A DNA stretch of 64,000 bases, taken from Escherichia coli (GTDB lineage Bacteria > Pseudomonadota > Gammaproteobacteria > Enterobacterales > Enterobacteriaceae). The stretch lies in the NCBI RefSeq assembly GCF_044647545.1, contig NZ_CP172818.1; one strand, 5' to 3'. A program made the position numbers and the translations under genes. Positions 15,194 to 26,021 of this stretch are shown here, piece after piece. Every line of letters begins with the position of its first letter. Positions within the stretch are counted from its first letter, which is position 1. The notes under the pieces are model-generated. The model saw nothing but the letters and a program-made list of their open reading frames with translations, did no database searches and was not told the origin of the DNA.

Positions 15194-17134
15194 TTAAACC
15201 GAGTATCTTTGTGAATATTTTTTCACGTTAGTATCAAGTGGCTGTGAGGACGCGAAAAAATCCCCTTGCCCACCTGTAACACCGCGCTGAATCAGGGTCT
15301 GCCACTCGCTTCGCGAACGCACGCCGGTGGCGTAAACCTGGGTGCTGGTCCCGGAGCAGGCTTCCACCAGGCTTTGAACCAGCAGCTGGTTCTCCGTTCG
15401 CTTCTCAATGTTTCTGACCAGCCCCGGATGGAGCTTGAGTAACTCAACATTAAGTTCTTTGATCCAACTGGTGCTTACCAGCGTCAAACCAGCCTGGTTG
15501 ACGGCTACCCGTACCCCTAAAGCATTCACTAAACGAATAACAGGTTGTAAGCGACTGATATGTTGACCAACATCGGCCTCTGCAAGTTCAATAATTATGC
15601 GTCTTCGTTGCGATTTTTCACATTGCATTAACGTATCGCGCAGCCAACGCTGAAAACGCGGGCGAATCAGCGACTCAACGGTAACCTGAATCGCCAGATT
15701 TTCCTCTGGCCAGTAACGCAATAGTGGAATAAGACGGCTGATTAGCAGGCGGTCATACTCTTCCGATAAACCAAACTGCAAGACCATCGGCATATACTCT
15801 GCCGAGCTAACCTCTTCATTACCATCGAAGATGCGGCACATGAGTTCACGATGATGAACCCGGCCTTCGCGAGTAACCGCCGGTTTTTGATAAAGGCGCG
15901 GGCCGCCGCGACTCAGCATTTGCTCGATAAGCGTACGCCAGCGAACATTACCGCGTCCTTTTTCAGGCAACGAGTCATCGTAAATAGCCCAGCTATTGCC
16001 GCCCTGCAATCCCGCATTACGCGTGGCAGACTCTGCATGTTCCATTACCTGCTCGGTATCCTGACCACTACGCCAGGCACAGATACCAATGTGGATCATA
16101 TCGTCGCGATCGAGCATTTTATTGTTCGGCAAGGTATCGACGGCTTTGATTAACTGACTGGCGATGCTCTCTGCCTCTTTTAACGTTCGGTGCGGTAACA
16201 GCGCAGCAAAATCACTGCGGTGGTAACGCGCCAGCAGTGCGCCAGGGTAGCGCATCATAAATGTCGATAGCAGATTCGTCAGAGAGAAGAACTGTTCTTC
16301 AACCTGGCTGTGCCCCCAGGTATCACTCAACATATTGAAATCCGGCAGACGAATCATCATCACGATCCCGTGGGTACCTACTTTCTCTTGATCTTCCAGT
16401 AACGTTGCTAACTGATTATCGAAAAAGAGGCGGTTATTGAGGCCGGTTTTCATGTCCTGGGCGGCATAAGAGCGGATCAGCGTATCAAGACGGCTGTGTT
16501 GTTCGCGTGCGTTCTGAATTTCACAAAGCAGCGTATCCAGCGCACTGCTGGTTCTGGGCGGCCATTCATAGATGGTTCCCAACACATTAGAGCCACGCTC
16601 ACCGTTTAAGATACGAGTAGCCCGGGTTTCCAGCAATTCTTGCCCGGCAAGTTGCCGTTGTAACCAGCGTACCGCCAGGAAGAGCATAAGAATGATAAAG
16701 CCAATCGCCCCCGTGAGCGGCGCGGTAGTCATTAAAGAATGGAAATAGTTGCCCATCGGATCCTGATAAACCAGACGCAGCGACATCCCCGGATGCTTTA
16801 TCAACGGAACGCTCAGTTCACGAAATAGATCGTTGGTGCCAACCGGACGATAACTACCATTTCTGGCCAGGGTATAAACCTGTTTATCACCATGCAGCAG
16901 GTCTACACGAACGATATCTGCTGACATCATTAATTCGGTAATTTGTGGCCTTAATGCGCTGAAGTCATTCGACACAAGATGGGTATCAATCGCCGTCGCC
17001 ACCGCCTGAACACGATGACTAAACTTATACTGAATGGCGTTGTAGAAACTTAGCGAACAGCCCAACAAAGTCACAAAAATTGTTAACCCGGTGAGCAGCG
17101 TAACAAAGGCCGAAAATTTCGTCGTTAATCTCAT
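15194..17134 (-). CDS. csrD: CsrB/CsrC decay regulator CsrD (degenerate GGDEF-EAL protein)
   Basis: 646 aa ORF; two N-terminal TM segments then GGDEF/EAL-like domains. Confidence 0.9.
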   Translation of the reverse strand: MRLTTKFSAFVTLLTGLTIFVTLLGCSLSFYNAIQYKFSHRVQAVATAIDTHLVSNDFSALRPQITELMMSADIVRVDLLHGDKQVYTLARNGSYRPVGTNDLFRELSVPLIKHPGMSLRLVYQDPMGNYFHSLMTTAPLTGAIGFIILMLFLAVRWLQRQLAGQELLETRATRILNGERGSNVLGTIYEWPPRTSSALDTLLCEIQNAREQHSRLDTLIRSYAAQDMKTGLNNRLFFDNQLATLLEDQEKVGTHGIVMMIRLPDFNMLSDTWGHSQVEEQFFSLTNLLSTFMMRYPGALLARYHRSDFAALLPHRTLKEAESIASQLIKAVDTLPNNKMLDRDDMIHIGICAWRSGQDTEQVMEHAESATRNAGLQGGNSWAIYDDSLPEKGRGNVRWRTLIEQMLSRGGPRLYQKPAVTREGRVHHRELMCRIFDGNEEVSSAEYMPMVLQFGLSEEYDRLLISRLIPLLRYWPEENLAIQVTVESLIRPRFQRWLRDTLMQCEKSQRRRIIIELAEADVGQHISRLQPVIRLVNALGVRVAVNQAGLTLVSTSWIKELNVELLKLHPGLVRNIEKRTENQLLVQSLVEACSGTSTQVYATGVRSRSEWQTLIQRGVTGGQGDFFASSQPLDTNVKKYSQRYSV

Positions 17135-17285
17135 CCTTGTGTTAACTCCGATAGTGAGGAAGCGGGCATACTAGCAAATCAGATTTATCTCGCAATTTAT
17201 TGCGCTTCATCGGCTTTGCTTTTCCATTAGCGAGTATAGTCTTCAGAAATTATTTTCCAATCCATCATGCACATGAGGACCACTT

Positions 17286-18260
17286 ATGCAGGCGTTACTT
17301 TTAGAACAGCAGGACGGCAAAACTCTCGTATCGGTACAGACACTGGACGAAAGTCGCCTGCCGGAGGGCGATGTCACGGTTGATGTTCACTGGTCGAGCC
17401 TGAACTACAAAGATGCGCTGGCAATTACCGGTAAGGGAAAAATCATCCGTAATTTTCCGATGATTCCTGGGATCGATTTTGCCGGAACTGTACGCACCAG
17501 CGAAGATCCGCGTTTTCATGCCGGTCAGGACGTATTACTCACTGGCTGGGGCGTTGGTGAAAACCACTGGGGTGGGCTGGCGGAACAGGCGCGAGTGAAA
17601 GGTGACTGGCTGGTTGCCATGCCACAAGGGCTGGACGCGCGTAAAGCAATGATTATCGGTACTGCCGGTTTTACCGCCATGCTGTGTGTGATGGCGCTGG
17701 AAGATGCCGGTGTTCGCCCGCAGGATGGGGAGATTGTCGTGACGGGTGCCAGTGGTGGCGTCGGCAGTACCGCCGTGGCGCTGCTGCATAAGTTGGGTTA
17801 TCAGGTCGTTGCCGTTTCCGGTCGCGAAAGTACCCATGAATATCTGAAAAGTTTAGGTGCCAGCCGTATTCTCCCTCGCGATGAGTTTGCCGAATCCCGT
17901 CCTCTGGAAAAACAAGTCTGGGCAGGGGCAATTGACACCGTTGGCGACAAAGTGCTGGCAAAAGTGCTGGCGCAAATGAATTACGGCGGCTGCGTGGCGG
18001 CCTGTGGTCTGGCGGGTGGTTTTACTCTGCCAACCACGGTCATGCCATTTATTCTGCGTAATGTCCGTTTACAGGGGGTAGATTCAGTGATGACGCCACC
18101 AGCACGCCGCGCACAAGCCTGGCAGCGACTGGTCGCCGATTTACCGGAATCATTCTATACCCAGGCGGCAAAAGAGATATCTCTGGCAGATGCACCGAAG
18201 TTTGCCGAGGCCATCATTAATAACCAGATCCAGGGTCGCACGCTGGTGAAGGTTAACTAA
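17286..18260 (+). CDS. acuI: acrylyl-CoA reductase AcuI (YhdH), MDR-family oxidoreductase
   Basis: 324 aa ORF; GASGGVGS nucleotide-binding motif. Confidence 0.9.
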   Translation: MQALLLEQQDGKTLVSVQTLDESRLPEGDVTVDVHWSSLNYKDALAITGKGKIIRNFPMIPGIDFAGTVRTSEDPRFHAGQDVLLTGWGVGENHWGGLAEQARVKGDWLVAMPQGLDARKAMIIGTAGFTAMLCVMALEDAGVRPQDGEIVVTGASGGVGSTAVALLHKLGYQVVAVSGRESTHEYLKSLGASRILPRDEFAESRPLEKQVWAGAIDTVGDKVLAKVLAQMNYGGCVAACGLAGGFTLPTTVMPFILRNVRLQGVDSVMTPPARRAQAWQRLVADLPESFYTQAAKEISLADAPKFAEAIINNQIQGRTLVKVN

Positions 18261-18683
18261 CCATTTAGCAAGGATTAATAAGAGAGGGAACTCATTTTGA
18301 AATCATTATTCAATCGGTTAACGGGAAAAGCGGTTAGCCGGACAGCTTTCGTCGAACATCTTGGTCATGAAGTTGTACAACATCATCCAAACTGGAAAGT
18401 CATGATTTCGACTGACCATAAATTGATGCGCATTGATACTCACCAAACGGTAAATCACTCTTGATGATCTACAAATAACAAAAATAATATAAAAAAAACA
18501 TTTAAAAAAAAAAACGCCTCGCTGGATTTTGCCTGGGAAGACTTAACGATGAGTTAATTATCTTGTTTGCTGAAGATGGTAGCGAAACCATGCGCTATCT
18601 GATGCGCTACGAAGTGACCATTGACCGCGAACAAGCCATCAATAATTTGAAGCAAATATTGCCGGAAGTTTCGGCTGAAATCG

Positions 18684-19400
18684 TTGATACAGGCGCAAAC
18701 GCTGGAAAATTTGCCGTTATCTCCCCAGGGGTCTTTAGACCCCCCTCTTGTTCCTTTTACCTTTTCGCCAACCCCCCCCCAAATTTTTATCCCCCCCCCC
18801 AAAAAAAATTTTTTTTCCCCACAAAAAAAACCACCCAAAACCCCACCCATAATAAAAAAAAAAAAAAAAAATTCCCCCCTGCAAGAACCACCCCTCCAAA
18901 AAAAAAAATTTATCCCCCCCAAACTCTCTTTTCCCCGGAAAAAACCCTTCATCAACCCACCCCCCCAGATAAAAAAAATTGGGGATGATGGTAAAAATTC
19001 AAAAACACCAAACGCCTTTCCCCAAAAATTTTTTTTTTTTTTTAGCGAAAAAATCAAAAAACAAAAAAACGCACTGCCGCCTGACAAAACAGTTTACCTT
19101 CTGCAAAATGGGGGGAATAATCTGATTTTATTTGATTACAAATTAACCACTTAAACCTATTTCATACTGAGCATTATCAGTCGGTTGATTTTGCGTGCTT
19201 TAGCATTCACATCTATCCAGACGATGCAGTGAAAATTGGGCAATCCCCAGCAACCGCTGCGTAATGTCGTCTATCTTGTCGCGATCCTGGCATCCCTACA
19301 TTATTTGTGGTCTGTGAAGATTATCTCATTGCAGCCCCTCATCTTCGCAGGGCTGGCTTTACAGCTTTTCACCTTACGTTATAAGAAGTTCCGTCGATGA
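18684..19400 (+). pseudogene. disrupted MsrQ/YedZ-like membrane protein reading frame; in-frame stops at 19152 (TAA) and 19230 (TGA); 5' two-thirds is low-complexity sequence
   Basis: One frame translates ...[101 protein letters not shown], resembling the MsrQ C-terminal half as recalled from memory. Confidence 0.3.
18740..19130. repeat. homopolymer-dominated, G-poor low-complexity tract (probable assembly or sequencing artefact, or synthetic filler)
   Basis: Runs include A18, T16, A12, C10, C9; very few G on the top strand; complexity degrades gradually from both flanks. Confidence 0.8.
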
Positions 19401-19804
19401 TGGCGCTAATTTCGTGAATTGTGCGGCTTGTTGCAAATTACACGGTGTTGAAGGTTATTTACATGTTAGCTGTTGATTATCTTCCCTGATAAGACCAGTA
19501 TTTAGCTGCCAATTGCTACGAAATCGTTATAATGTGCGACCTCGTCCTCCCTGACGCAGTTTTTGCGCTGCGGAAAAGGTGACATTGGCGCAACGAAGGT
19601 ATATTTTGTTTTTTGCCGGAGGATAGCAGCAGATCGCTGCACAATGTCCGTCAAGTCTAACATTGACACTCTGGGGCAAAATAGACCGGCGTCCCGGCCT
19701 GCTGGAATTTATCGCTATGCATACAGCTGTCGGGGCATACGCTTTACAGACGGCGGTGAAACGCCTGTCACAATCACACTAAACAAAGAGTACGGAACCC
19801 ACTC

Positions 19805-20275
19805 ATGGATATTCGTAAGATTAAAAAACTGATCGAGCTGGTTGAAGAATCAGGCATCTCCGAACTGGAAATTTCTGAAGGCGAAGAGTCAGTACGCATT
19901 AGCCGTGCAGCTCCTGCCGCAAGTTTCCCTGTGATGCAACAAGCTTACGCTGCACCAATGATGCAGCAGCCAGCTCAATCTAACGCAGCCGCTCCGGCGA
20001 CCGTTCCTTCAATGGAAGCGCCAGCAGCAGCGGAAATCAGTGGTCACATCGTACGTTCCCCGATGGTTGGTACTTTCTACCGCACCCCAAGCCCGGACGC
20101 AAAAGCGTTCATCGAAGTGGGTCAGAAAGTCAACGTGGGCGATACCCTGTGCATCGTTGAAGCCATGAAAATGATGAACCAGATCGAAGCAGACAAATCC
20201 GGTACTGTGAAAGCAATTCTGGTCGAAAGTGGACAACCGGTAGAATTTGACGAGCCGCTGGTCGTCATCGAGTAA
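19805..20275 (+). CDS. accB: biotin carboxyl carrier protein of acetyl-CoA carboxylase
   Basis: 156 aa; [28 protein letters not shown]...; biotinylation motif [10 protein letters not shown]. Confidence 0.97.
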
Positions 20276-20285
20276 CGAGGCGAAC

Positions 20286-21635
20286 ATGCTGGATAAAATT
20301 GTTATTGCCAACCGCGGCGAGATTGCATTGCGTATTCTTCGTGCCTGTAAAGAACTGGGCATCAAGACTGTCGCTGTGCACTCCAGCGCGGATCGCGATC
20401 TAAAACACGTATTACTGGCAGATGAAACGGTCTGTATCGGCCCTGCTCCGTCAGTAAAAAGTTATCTGAACATCCCGGCAATCATCAGCGCCGCTGAAAT
20501 CACCGGCGCAGTAGCAATCCATCCGGGCTACGGCTTCCTCTCCGAGAACGCCAACTTTGCCGAGCAGGTTGAGCGCTCCGGCTTTATCTTCATTGGCCCG
20601 AAAGCAGAAACCATTCGCCTGATGGGCGACAAAGTATCCGCAATCGCGGCGATGAAAAAAGCGGGCGTTCCTTGCGTACCGGGTTCTGACGGCCCGCTGG
20701 GCGACGATATGGATAAAAACCGCGCCATTGCTAAACGCATTGGTTATCCGGTAATTATCAAAGCCTCCGGCGGCGGCGGCGGTCGCGGTATGCGCGTAGT
20801 GCGCGGCGACGCTGAACTGGCACAATCCATCTCCATGACCCGTGCGGAAGCGAAAGCTGCTTTCAGCAACGATATGGTTTACATGGAGAAATACCTGGAA
20901 AATCCTCGCCACGTCGAGATTCAGGTACTGGCTGACGGTCAGGGCAACGCTATCTATCTGGCGGAACGTGACTGCTCCATGCAGCGCCGCCACCAGAAAG
21001 TGGTCGAAGAAGCACCAGCACCGGGCATTACCCCGGAACTGCGTCGCTACATCGGCGAACGTTGCGCTAAAGCATGTGTTGATATCGGCTATCGCGGTGC
21101 AGGTACTTTCGAGTTCCTGTTCGAAAATGGCGAGTTCTATTTCATCGAAATGAACACCCGTATTCAGGTAGAACACCCGGTTACTGAAATGATCACCGGC
21201 GTTGACCTGATCAAAGAACAGCTGCGTATCGCTGCCGGTCAACCGCTGTCGATCAAGCAAGAAGAAGTTCACGTTCGCGGCCATGCGGTAGAGTGCCGTA
21301 TCAACGCCGAAGATCCGAACACCTTCCTGCCAAGTCCGGGCAAAATCACCCGTTTCCATGCACCTGGCGGTTTTGGCGTGCGTTGGGAGTCTCATATCTA
21401 CGCGGGCTACACCGTACCGCCGTACTATGACTCAATGATCGGTAAGCTGATTTGCTACGGTGAAAACCGTGACGTGGCGATTGCCCGCATGAAGAATGCG
21501 CTGCAGGAACTGATCATCGACGGTATCAAAACCAACGTTGATCTGCAGATCCGCATCATGAATGACGAGAACTTCCAGCATGGTGGCACTAACATCCACT
21601 ATCTGGAGAAAAAACTCGGTCTTCAGGAAAAATAA
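20286..21635 (+). CDS. accC: biotin carboxylase subunit of acetyl-CoA carboxylase
   Basis: 449 aa from [29 protein letters not shown]; track ORF starts further upstream, overlapping accB. Confidence 0.97.
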
Positions 21636-21651
21636 GACTGCAAAAGCGCTC

Positions 21652-21679
21652 AAAAGGCCGGATTTTCCGGCCTTTTTTA
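21652..21679 (+). terminator. rho-independent terminator after accC
   Basis: aaaaggccggattttccggcctttttt: GC stem followed by a T-run. Confidence 0.8.
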
Positions 21680-21743
21680 TTACTGGGGATTGATATCTAC
21701 ATAAGGTACAATCCTCGTTCTCTTCACCCATCAGGGACAAAAA

Positions 21744-21986
21744 ATGGACACTCGTTTTGTTCAGGCCCATAAAGAGGCGCGCTGGGCGCTGGGGCTGACC
21801 CTTTTGTATCTGGCGGTATGGTTAGTAGCCGCTTACTTACCTGGCGTTACCCCCGGTTTTACCGGCTTTCCACGCTGGTTTGAGATGGCTTGCATCCTGA
21901 CGCCGCTGCTGTTTATTGGACTGTGCTGGGCGATGGTGAAATTTATCTATCGCGATATCCCGCTGGAGGATGACGATGCAGCTTGA
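21744..21986 (+). CDS. yhdT: small inner-membrane protein YhdT
   Basis: 80 aa hydrophobic ORF overlapping the panF start. Confidence 0.8.
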   Translation: MDTRFVQAHKEARWALGLTLLYLAVWLVAAYLPGVTPGFTGFPRWFEMACILTPLLFIGLCWAMVKFIYRDIPLEDDDAA

Positions 21987-23427
21987 AGTGATTCTACCGC
22001 TGGTCGCCTATCTGGTGGTGGTGTTCGGGATTTCAGTTTATGCAATGCGTAAACGGAACACCGGCACCTTCCTCAATGAGTATTTCCTCGGCAGCCGTTC
22101 TATGGGCGGTATTGTGCTGGCGATGACGCTCACCGCGACCTATATCAGTGCCAGTTCGTTTATCGGCGGGCCAGGAGCTGCTTATAAATACGGCCTGGGT
22201 TGGGTATTGCTGGCGATGATTCAGCTTCCTGCGGTCTGGCTTTCGCTCGGTATTCTCGGCAAGAAGTTCGCGATTCTTGCGCGCCGCTACAATGCGGTGA
22301 CGCTGAACGATATGCTGTTTGCCCGCTATCAGAGTCGTCTGCTGGTGTGGCTGGCGAGTTTAAGTTTGCTGGTTGCGTTCGTTGGTGCGATGACCGTGCA
22401 GTTTATCGGCGGTGCGCGCCTGCTGGAAACCGCGGCGGGTATTCCTTATGAAACCGGGCTGCTGATTTTCGGTATCAGCATTGCGTTGTATACCGCCTTT
22501 GGTGGCTTTCGCGCCAGCGTGCTGAACGACACCATGCAAGGACTGGTGATGCTGATTGGCACCGTTGTGCTGCTTATTGGCGTGGTCCATGCTGCTGGCG
22601 GCTTAAGCAATGCAGTAGAGACGCTGCAAACCATTGATCCGCAACTGGTTACGCCACAAGGCGCTGACGATATTCTGTCACCTGCGTTTATGACGTCGTT
22701 CTGGGTGCTGGTGTGCTTTGGCGTTATTGGCCTGCCGCATACTGCGGTGCGCTGTATCTCCTATAAAGACAGCAAAGCAGTACATCGGGGGATCATCATC
22801 GGTACGATTGTAGTCGCAATCCTGATGTTCGGTATGCACCTAGCCGGAGCATTAGGTCGTGCAGTGATCCCCGATCTCACCGTACCGGACCTGGTGATCC
22901 CGACGTTGATGGTAAAAGTACTGCCACCGTTTGCTGCCGGGATCTTCCTTGCAGCTCCTATGGCTGCGATCATGTCGACGATCAACGCCCAATTGCTGCA
23001 AAGTTCCGCTACGATCATTAAAGATCTCTATCTGAATATCCGTCCGGATCAAATGCAAAACGAGACGCGCCTGAAGCGGATGTCGGCGGTGATTACGTTG
23101 ATTCTCGGCGCGTTGCTGCTGCTTGCTGCATGGAAGCCGCCTGAAATGATCATCTGGCTGAATTTGCTGGCCTTCGGCGGGCTGGAAGCTGTCTTCCTGT
23201 GGCCGCTGGTACTGGGTCTTTACTGGGAACGCGCTAACGCCAAAGGCGCGCTAAGTGCGATGATCGTTGGCGGCGTGCTGTATGCCGTACTTGCGACACT
23301 GAATATTCAGTACCTGGGCTTCCACCCTATCGTGCCCTCGTTGCTGCTAAGTTTGCTGGCTTTCCTGGTCGGAAACCGTTTCGGTACGTCCGTCCCGCAA
23401 GCTACCGTTTTGACTACTGATAAATAA
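21976..23427 (+). CDS. panF: sodium/pantothenate symporter
   Basis: 483 aa from [30 protein letters not shown]-family transporter. Confidence 0.93.
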   Translation: MQLEVILPLVAYLVVVFGISVYAMRKRNTGTFLNEYFLGSRSMGGIVLAMTLTATYISASSFIGGPGAAYKYGLGWVLLAMIQLPAVWLSLGILGKKFAILARRYNAVTLNDMLFARYQSRLLVWLASLSLLVAFVGAMTVQFIGGARLLETAAGIPYETGLLIFGISIALYTAFGGFRASVLNDTMQGLVMLIGTVVLLIGVVHAAGGLSNAVETLQTIDPQLVTPQGADDILSPAFMTSFWVLVCFGVIGLPHTAVRCISYKDSKAVHRGIIIGTIVVAILMFGMHLAGALGRAVIPDLTVPDLVIPTLMVKVLPPFAAGIFLAAPMAAIMSTINAQLLQSSATIIKDLYLNIRPDQMQNETRLKRMSAVITLILGALLLLAAWKPPEMIIWLNLLAFGGLEAVFLWPLVLGLYWERANAKGALSAMIVGGVLYAVLATLNIQYLGFHPIVPSLLLSLLAFLVGNRFGTSVPQATVLTTDK

Positions 23428-23438
23428 AGAGTTTTGCC

Positions 23439-24320
23439 ATGCCTTGGATCCAACTGAAACTGAACACCACCGGCGCGAACGCCGAAGATCTTAGCGATGC
23501 GCTGATGGAAGCGGGTGCCGTTTCTATCACTTTTCAGGATACCCACGATACGCCTGTATTTGAGCCGCTTCCGGGCGAAACGCGTCTGTGGGGCGACACC
23601 GATGTGATTGGCCTGTTCGATGCTGAAACCGACATGAAAGAAGTCGTGGCGATTCTGGAGAATCATCCGCTGCTCGGCGCAGGCTTCGCGCACAAAATCG
23701 AACAACTGGAAGATAAAGACTGGGAGCGCGAATGGATGGATAATTTCCACCCAATGCGCTTTGGCGAACGTCTGTGGATCTGCCCAAGCTGGCGTGATGT
23801 GCCGGACGAAAACGCCGTCAACGTAATGTTAGACCCAGGTCTGGCGTTTGGTACAGGGACTCATCCAACTACCTCTCTGTGCCTGCAATGGCTCGACAGC
23901 CTCGATTTAACCGGTAAAACGGTCATCGACTTTGGCTGTGGTTCCGGCATTCTGGCTATCGCGGCGCTGAAACTGGGTGCAGCAAAAGCCATTGGTATTG
24001 ATATTGATCCGCAGGCGATTCAGGCCAGCCGCGACAACGCCGAACGTAATGGCGTTTCTGACCGTCTGGAACTCTACCTACCTAAAGATCAGCCAGAAGA
24101 AATGAAAGCCGACGTGGTGGTCGCTAACATCCTTGCAGGCCCATTACGTGAACTGGCACCGTTAATCAGCGTCCTGCCGGTTTCAGGTGGCTTGCTGGGC
24201 CTTTCCGGTATTCTGGCAAGCCAGGCAGAGAGCGTTTGTGAAGCTTATGCCGACAGCTTCGCTCTGGACCCGGTCGTGGAAAAAGAAGAGTGGTGCCGCA
24301 TTACCGGTCGTAAGAATTAA
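23439..24320 (+). CDS. prmA: ribosomal protein L11 methyltransferase
   Basis: 293 aa; AdoMet motif [15 protein letters not shown]. Confidence 0.93.
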   Translation: MPWIQLKLNTTGANAEDLSDALMEAGAVSITFQDTHDTPVFEPLPGETRLWGDTDVIGLFDAETDMKEVVAILENHPLLGAGFAHKIEQLEDKDWEREWMDNFHPMRFGERLWICPSWRDVPDENAVNVMLDPGLAFGTGTHPTTSLCLQWLDSLDLTGKTVIDFGCGSGILAIAALKLGAAKAIGIDIDPQAIQASRDNAERNGVSDRLELYLPKDQPEEMKADVVVANILAGPLRELAPLISVLPVSGGLLGLSGILASQAESVCEAYADSFALDPVVEKEEWCRITGRKN

Positions 24321-24648
24321 CCTTCGCATCGCCGTAGGGTGACGCAAGGCGAAGTGCGAGCAAGGTCACAAAAGGCACGTTAATTTGCCGATTATTTACG
24401 CAAATTTGCGTGCCAAAATTTTCATTCATAAAGAAAAATTGAGAACTTACTCAAATTTCTTGGAGTGTAAATTTTAGTCACTATTTTCTAATATAATGAT
24501 TTTTATGAGTAATTATCGCGCCAAGCTCATTTTAAATGCAATTCTTTGATCCATCTCAGATGATTGGTCAAAGTTTGGCCTTTCATCTCGTGCAAAAAAT
24601 GCGTAATATACGCCGCCTTGCAGTCACAGTATGGTCATTTCTTAACTC

Positions 24649-25614
24649 ATGCGCATCGGACAATATCAGCTCAGAAATCGCCTGATCGCAGCGCCCATGG
24701 CTGGCATTACAGACAGACCTTTTCGGACGTTGTGCTACGAGATGGGAGCCGGATTGACAGTATCCGAGATGATGTCTTCTAACCCACAGGTTTGGGAAAG
24801 CGACAAATCTCGTTTACGGATGGTGCACATTGATGAACCCGGTATTCGCACCGTGCAAATTGCTGGTAGCGATCCGAAAGAAATGGCAGATGCAGCACGT
24901 ATTAACGTGGAAAGCGGTGCCCAGATTATTGATATCAATATGGGTTGCCCGGCTAAAAAAGTGAATCGCAAGCTCGCAGGTTCAGCCCTTTTGCAGTACC
25001 CGGATGTCGTTAAATCGATCCTAACCGAGGTCGTCAATGCAGTGGACGTTCCTGTTACCCTGAAGATTCGCACTGGCTGGGCACCGGAACACCGTAACTG
25101 CGAAGAGATTGCCCAACTGGCTGAAGACTGTGGCATTCAGGCTCTGACCATTCATGGCCGTACACGCGCCTGTTTGTTCAATGGAGAAGCTGAGTACGAC
25201 AGTATTCGGGCAGTTAAGCAGAAAGTTTCCATTCCGGTTATCGCGAATGGCGACATTACTGACCCGCTTAAAGCCAGAGCTGTGCTCGACTATACAGGGG
25301 CGGATGCCCTGATGATAGGCCGCGCAGCTCAGGGAAGACCCTGGATCTTTCGGGAAATCCAGCATTATCTGGACACTGGGGAGTTGCTGCCCCCGCTGCC
25401 TTTGGCAGAGGTTAAGCGCTTGCTTTGCGCGCACGTTCGGGAACTGCATGACTTTTATGGTCCGGCAAAAGGGTACCGAATTGCACGTAAACACGTTTCC
25501 TGGTATCTCCAGGAACACGCTCCAAATGACCAGTTTCGGCGCACATTCAACGCCATTGAGGATGCCAGCGAACAGCTGGAGGCGTTGGAGGCATACTTCG
25601 AAAATTTTGCGTAA
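24649..25614 (+). CDS. dusB: tRNA-dihydrouridine synthase B
   Basis: 321 aa; [26 protein letters not shown]; first gene of the dusB-fis operon. Confidence 0.95.
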   Translation: MRIGQYQLRNRLIAAPMAGITDRPFRTLCYEMGAGLTVSEMMSSNPQVWESDKSRLRMVHIDEPGIRTVQIAGSDPKEMADAARINVESGAQIIDINMGCPAKKVNRKLAGSALLQYPDVVKSILTEVVNAVDVPVTLKIRTGWAPEHRNCEEIAQLAEDCGIQALTIHGRTRACLFNGEAEYDSIRAVKQKVSIPVIANGDITDPLKARAVLDYTGADALMIGRAAQGRPWIFREIQHYLDTGELLPPLPLAEVKRLLCAHVRELHDFYGPAKGYRIARKHVSWYLQEHAPNDQFRRTFNAIEDASEQLEALEAYFENFA

Positions 25615-25639
25615 ACAGAAATAAAGAGCTGACAGAACT

Positions 25640-25936
25640 ATGTTCGAACAACGCGTAAATTCTGACGTACTGACCGTTTCTACCGTTAACTCTCAGGATC
25701 AGGTAACCCAAAAACCCCTGCGTGACTCGGTTAAACAGGCACTGAAGAACTATTTTGCTCAACTGAACGGTCAGGATGTGAATGACCTCTATGAGCTGGT
25801 ACTGGCTGAAGTAGAACAGCCCCTGTTGGACATGGTGATGCAATACACCCGTGGTAACCAGACCCGTGCTGCGCTGATGATGGGCATCAACCGTGGTACG
25901 CTGCGTAAAAAATTGAAAAAATACGGCATGAACTAA
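25640..25936 (+). CDS. fis: nucleoid-associated protein Fis
   Basis: 98 aa; translation matches Fis as recalled. Confidence 0.98.
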
Positions 25937-25961
25937 TTCAGGTTAGCTAAATGCTTGATTA

Positions 25962-25999
25962 AAAAGGCGCTACTCGGCATGGGGAAGCGCCTTTTTTAT
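25962..25999 (+). terminator. rho-independent terminator after fis
   Basis: aaaaaggcgctactcggcatggggaagcgccttttttat: stem-loop followed by a T-run. Confidence 0.75.
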
Positions 26000-26021
26000 A
26001 GGTGTCACAAAGGGAGTGACC

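Noticed and set aside
18554-19154. Three long track ORFs (18554-19087 minus, 18563-18988 plus, 18684-19154 plus) with poly-K/P/F/G translations
   Set aside because: They are compositional products of the homopolymer tract and are open in several frames at once; not credible as genes, apart from the MsrQ-like frame discussed in the findings.
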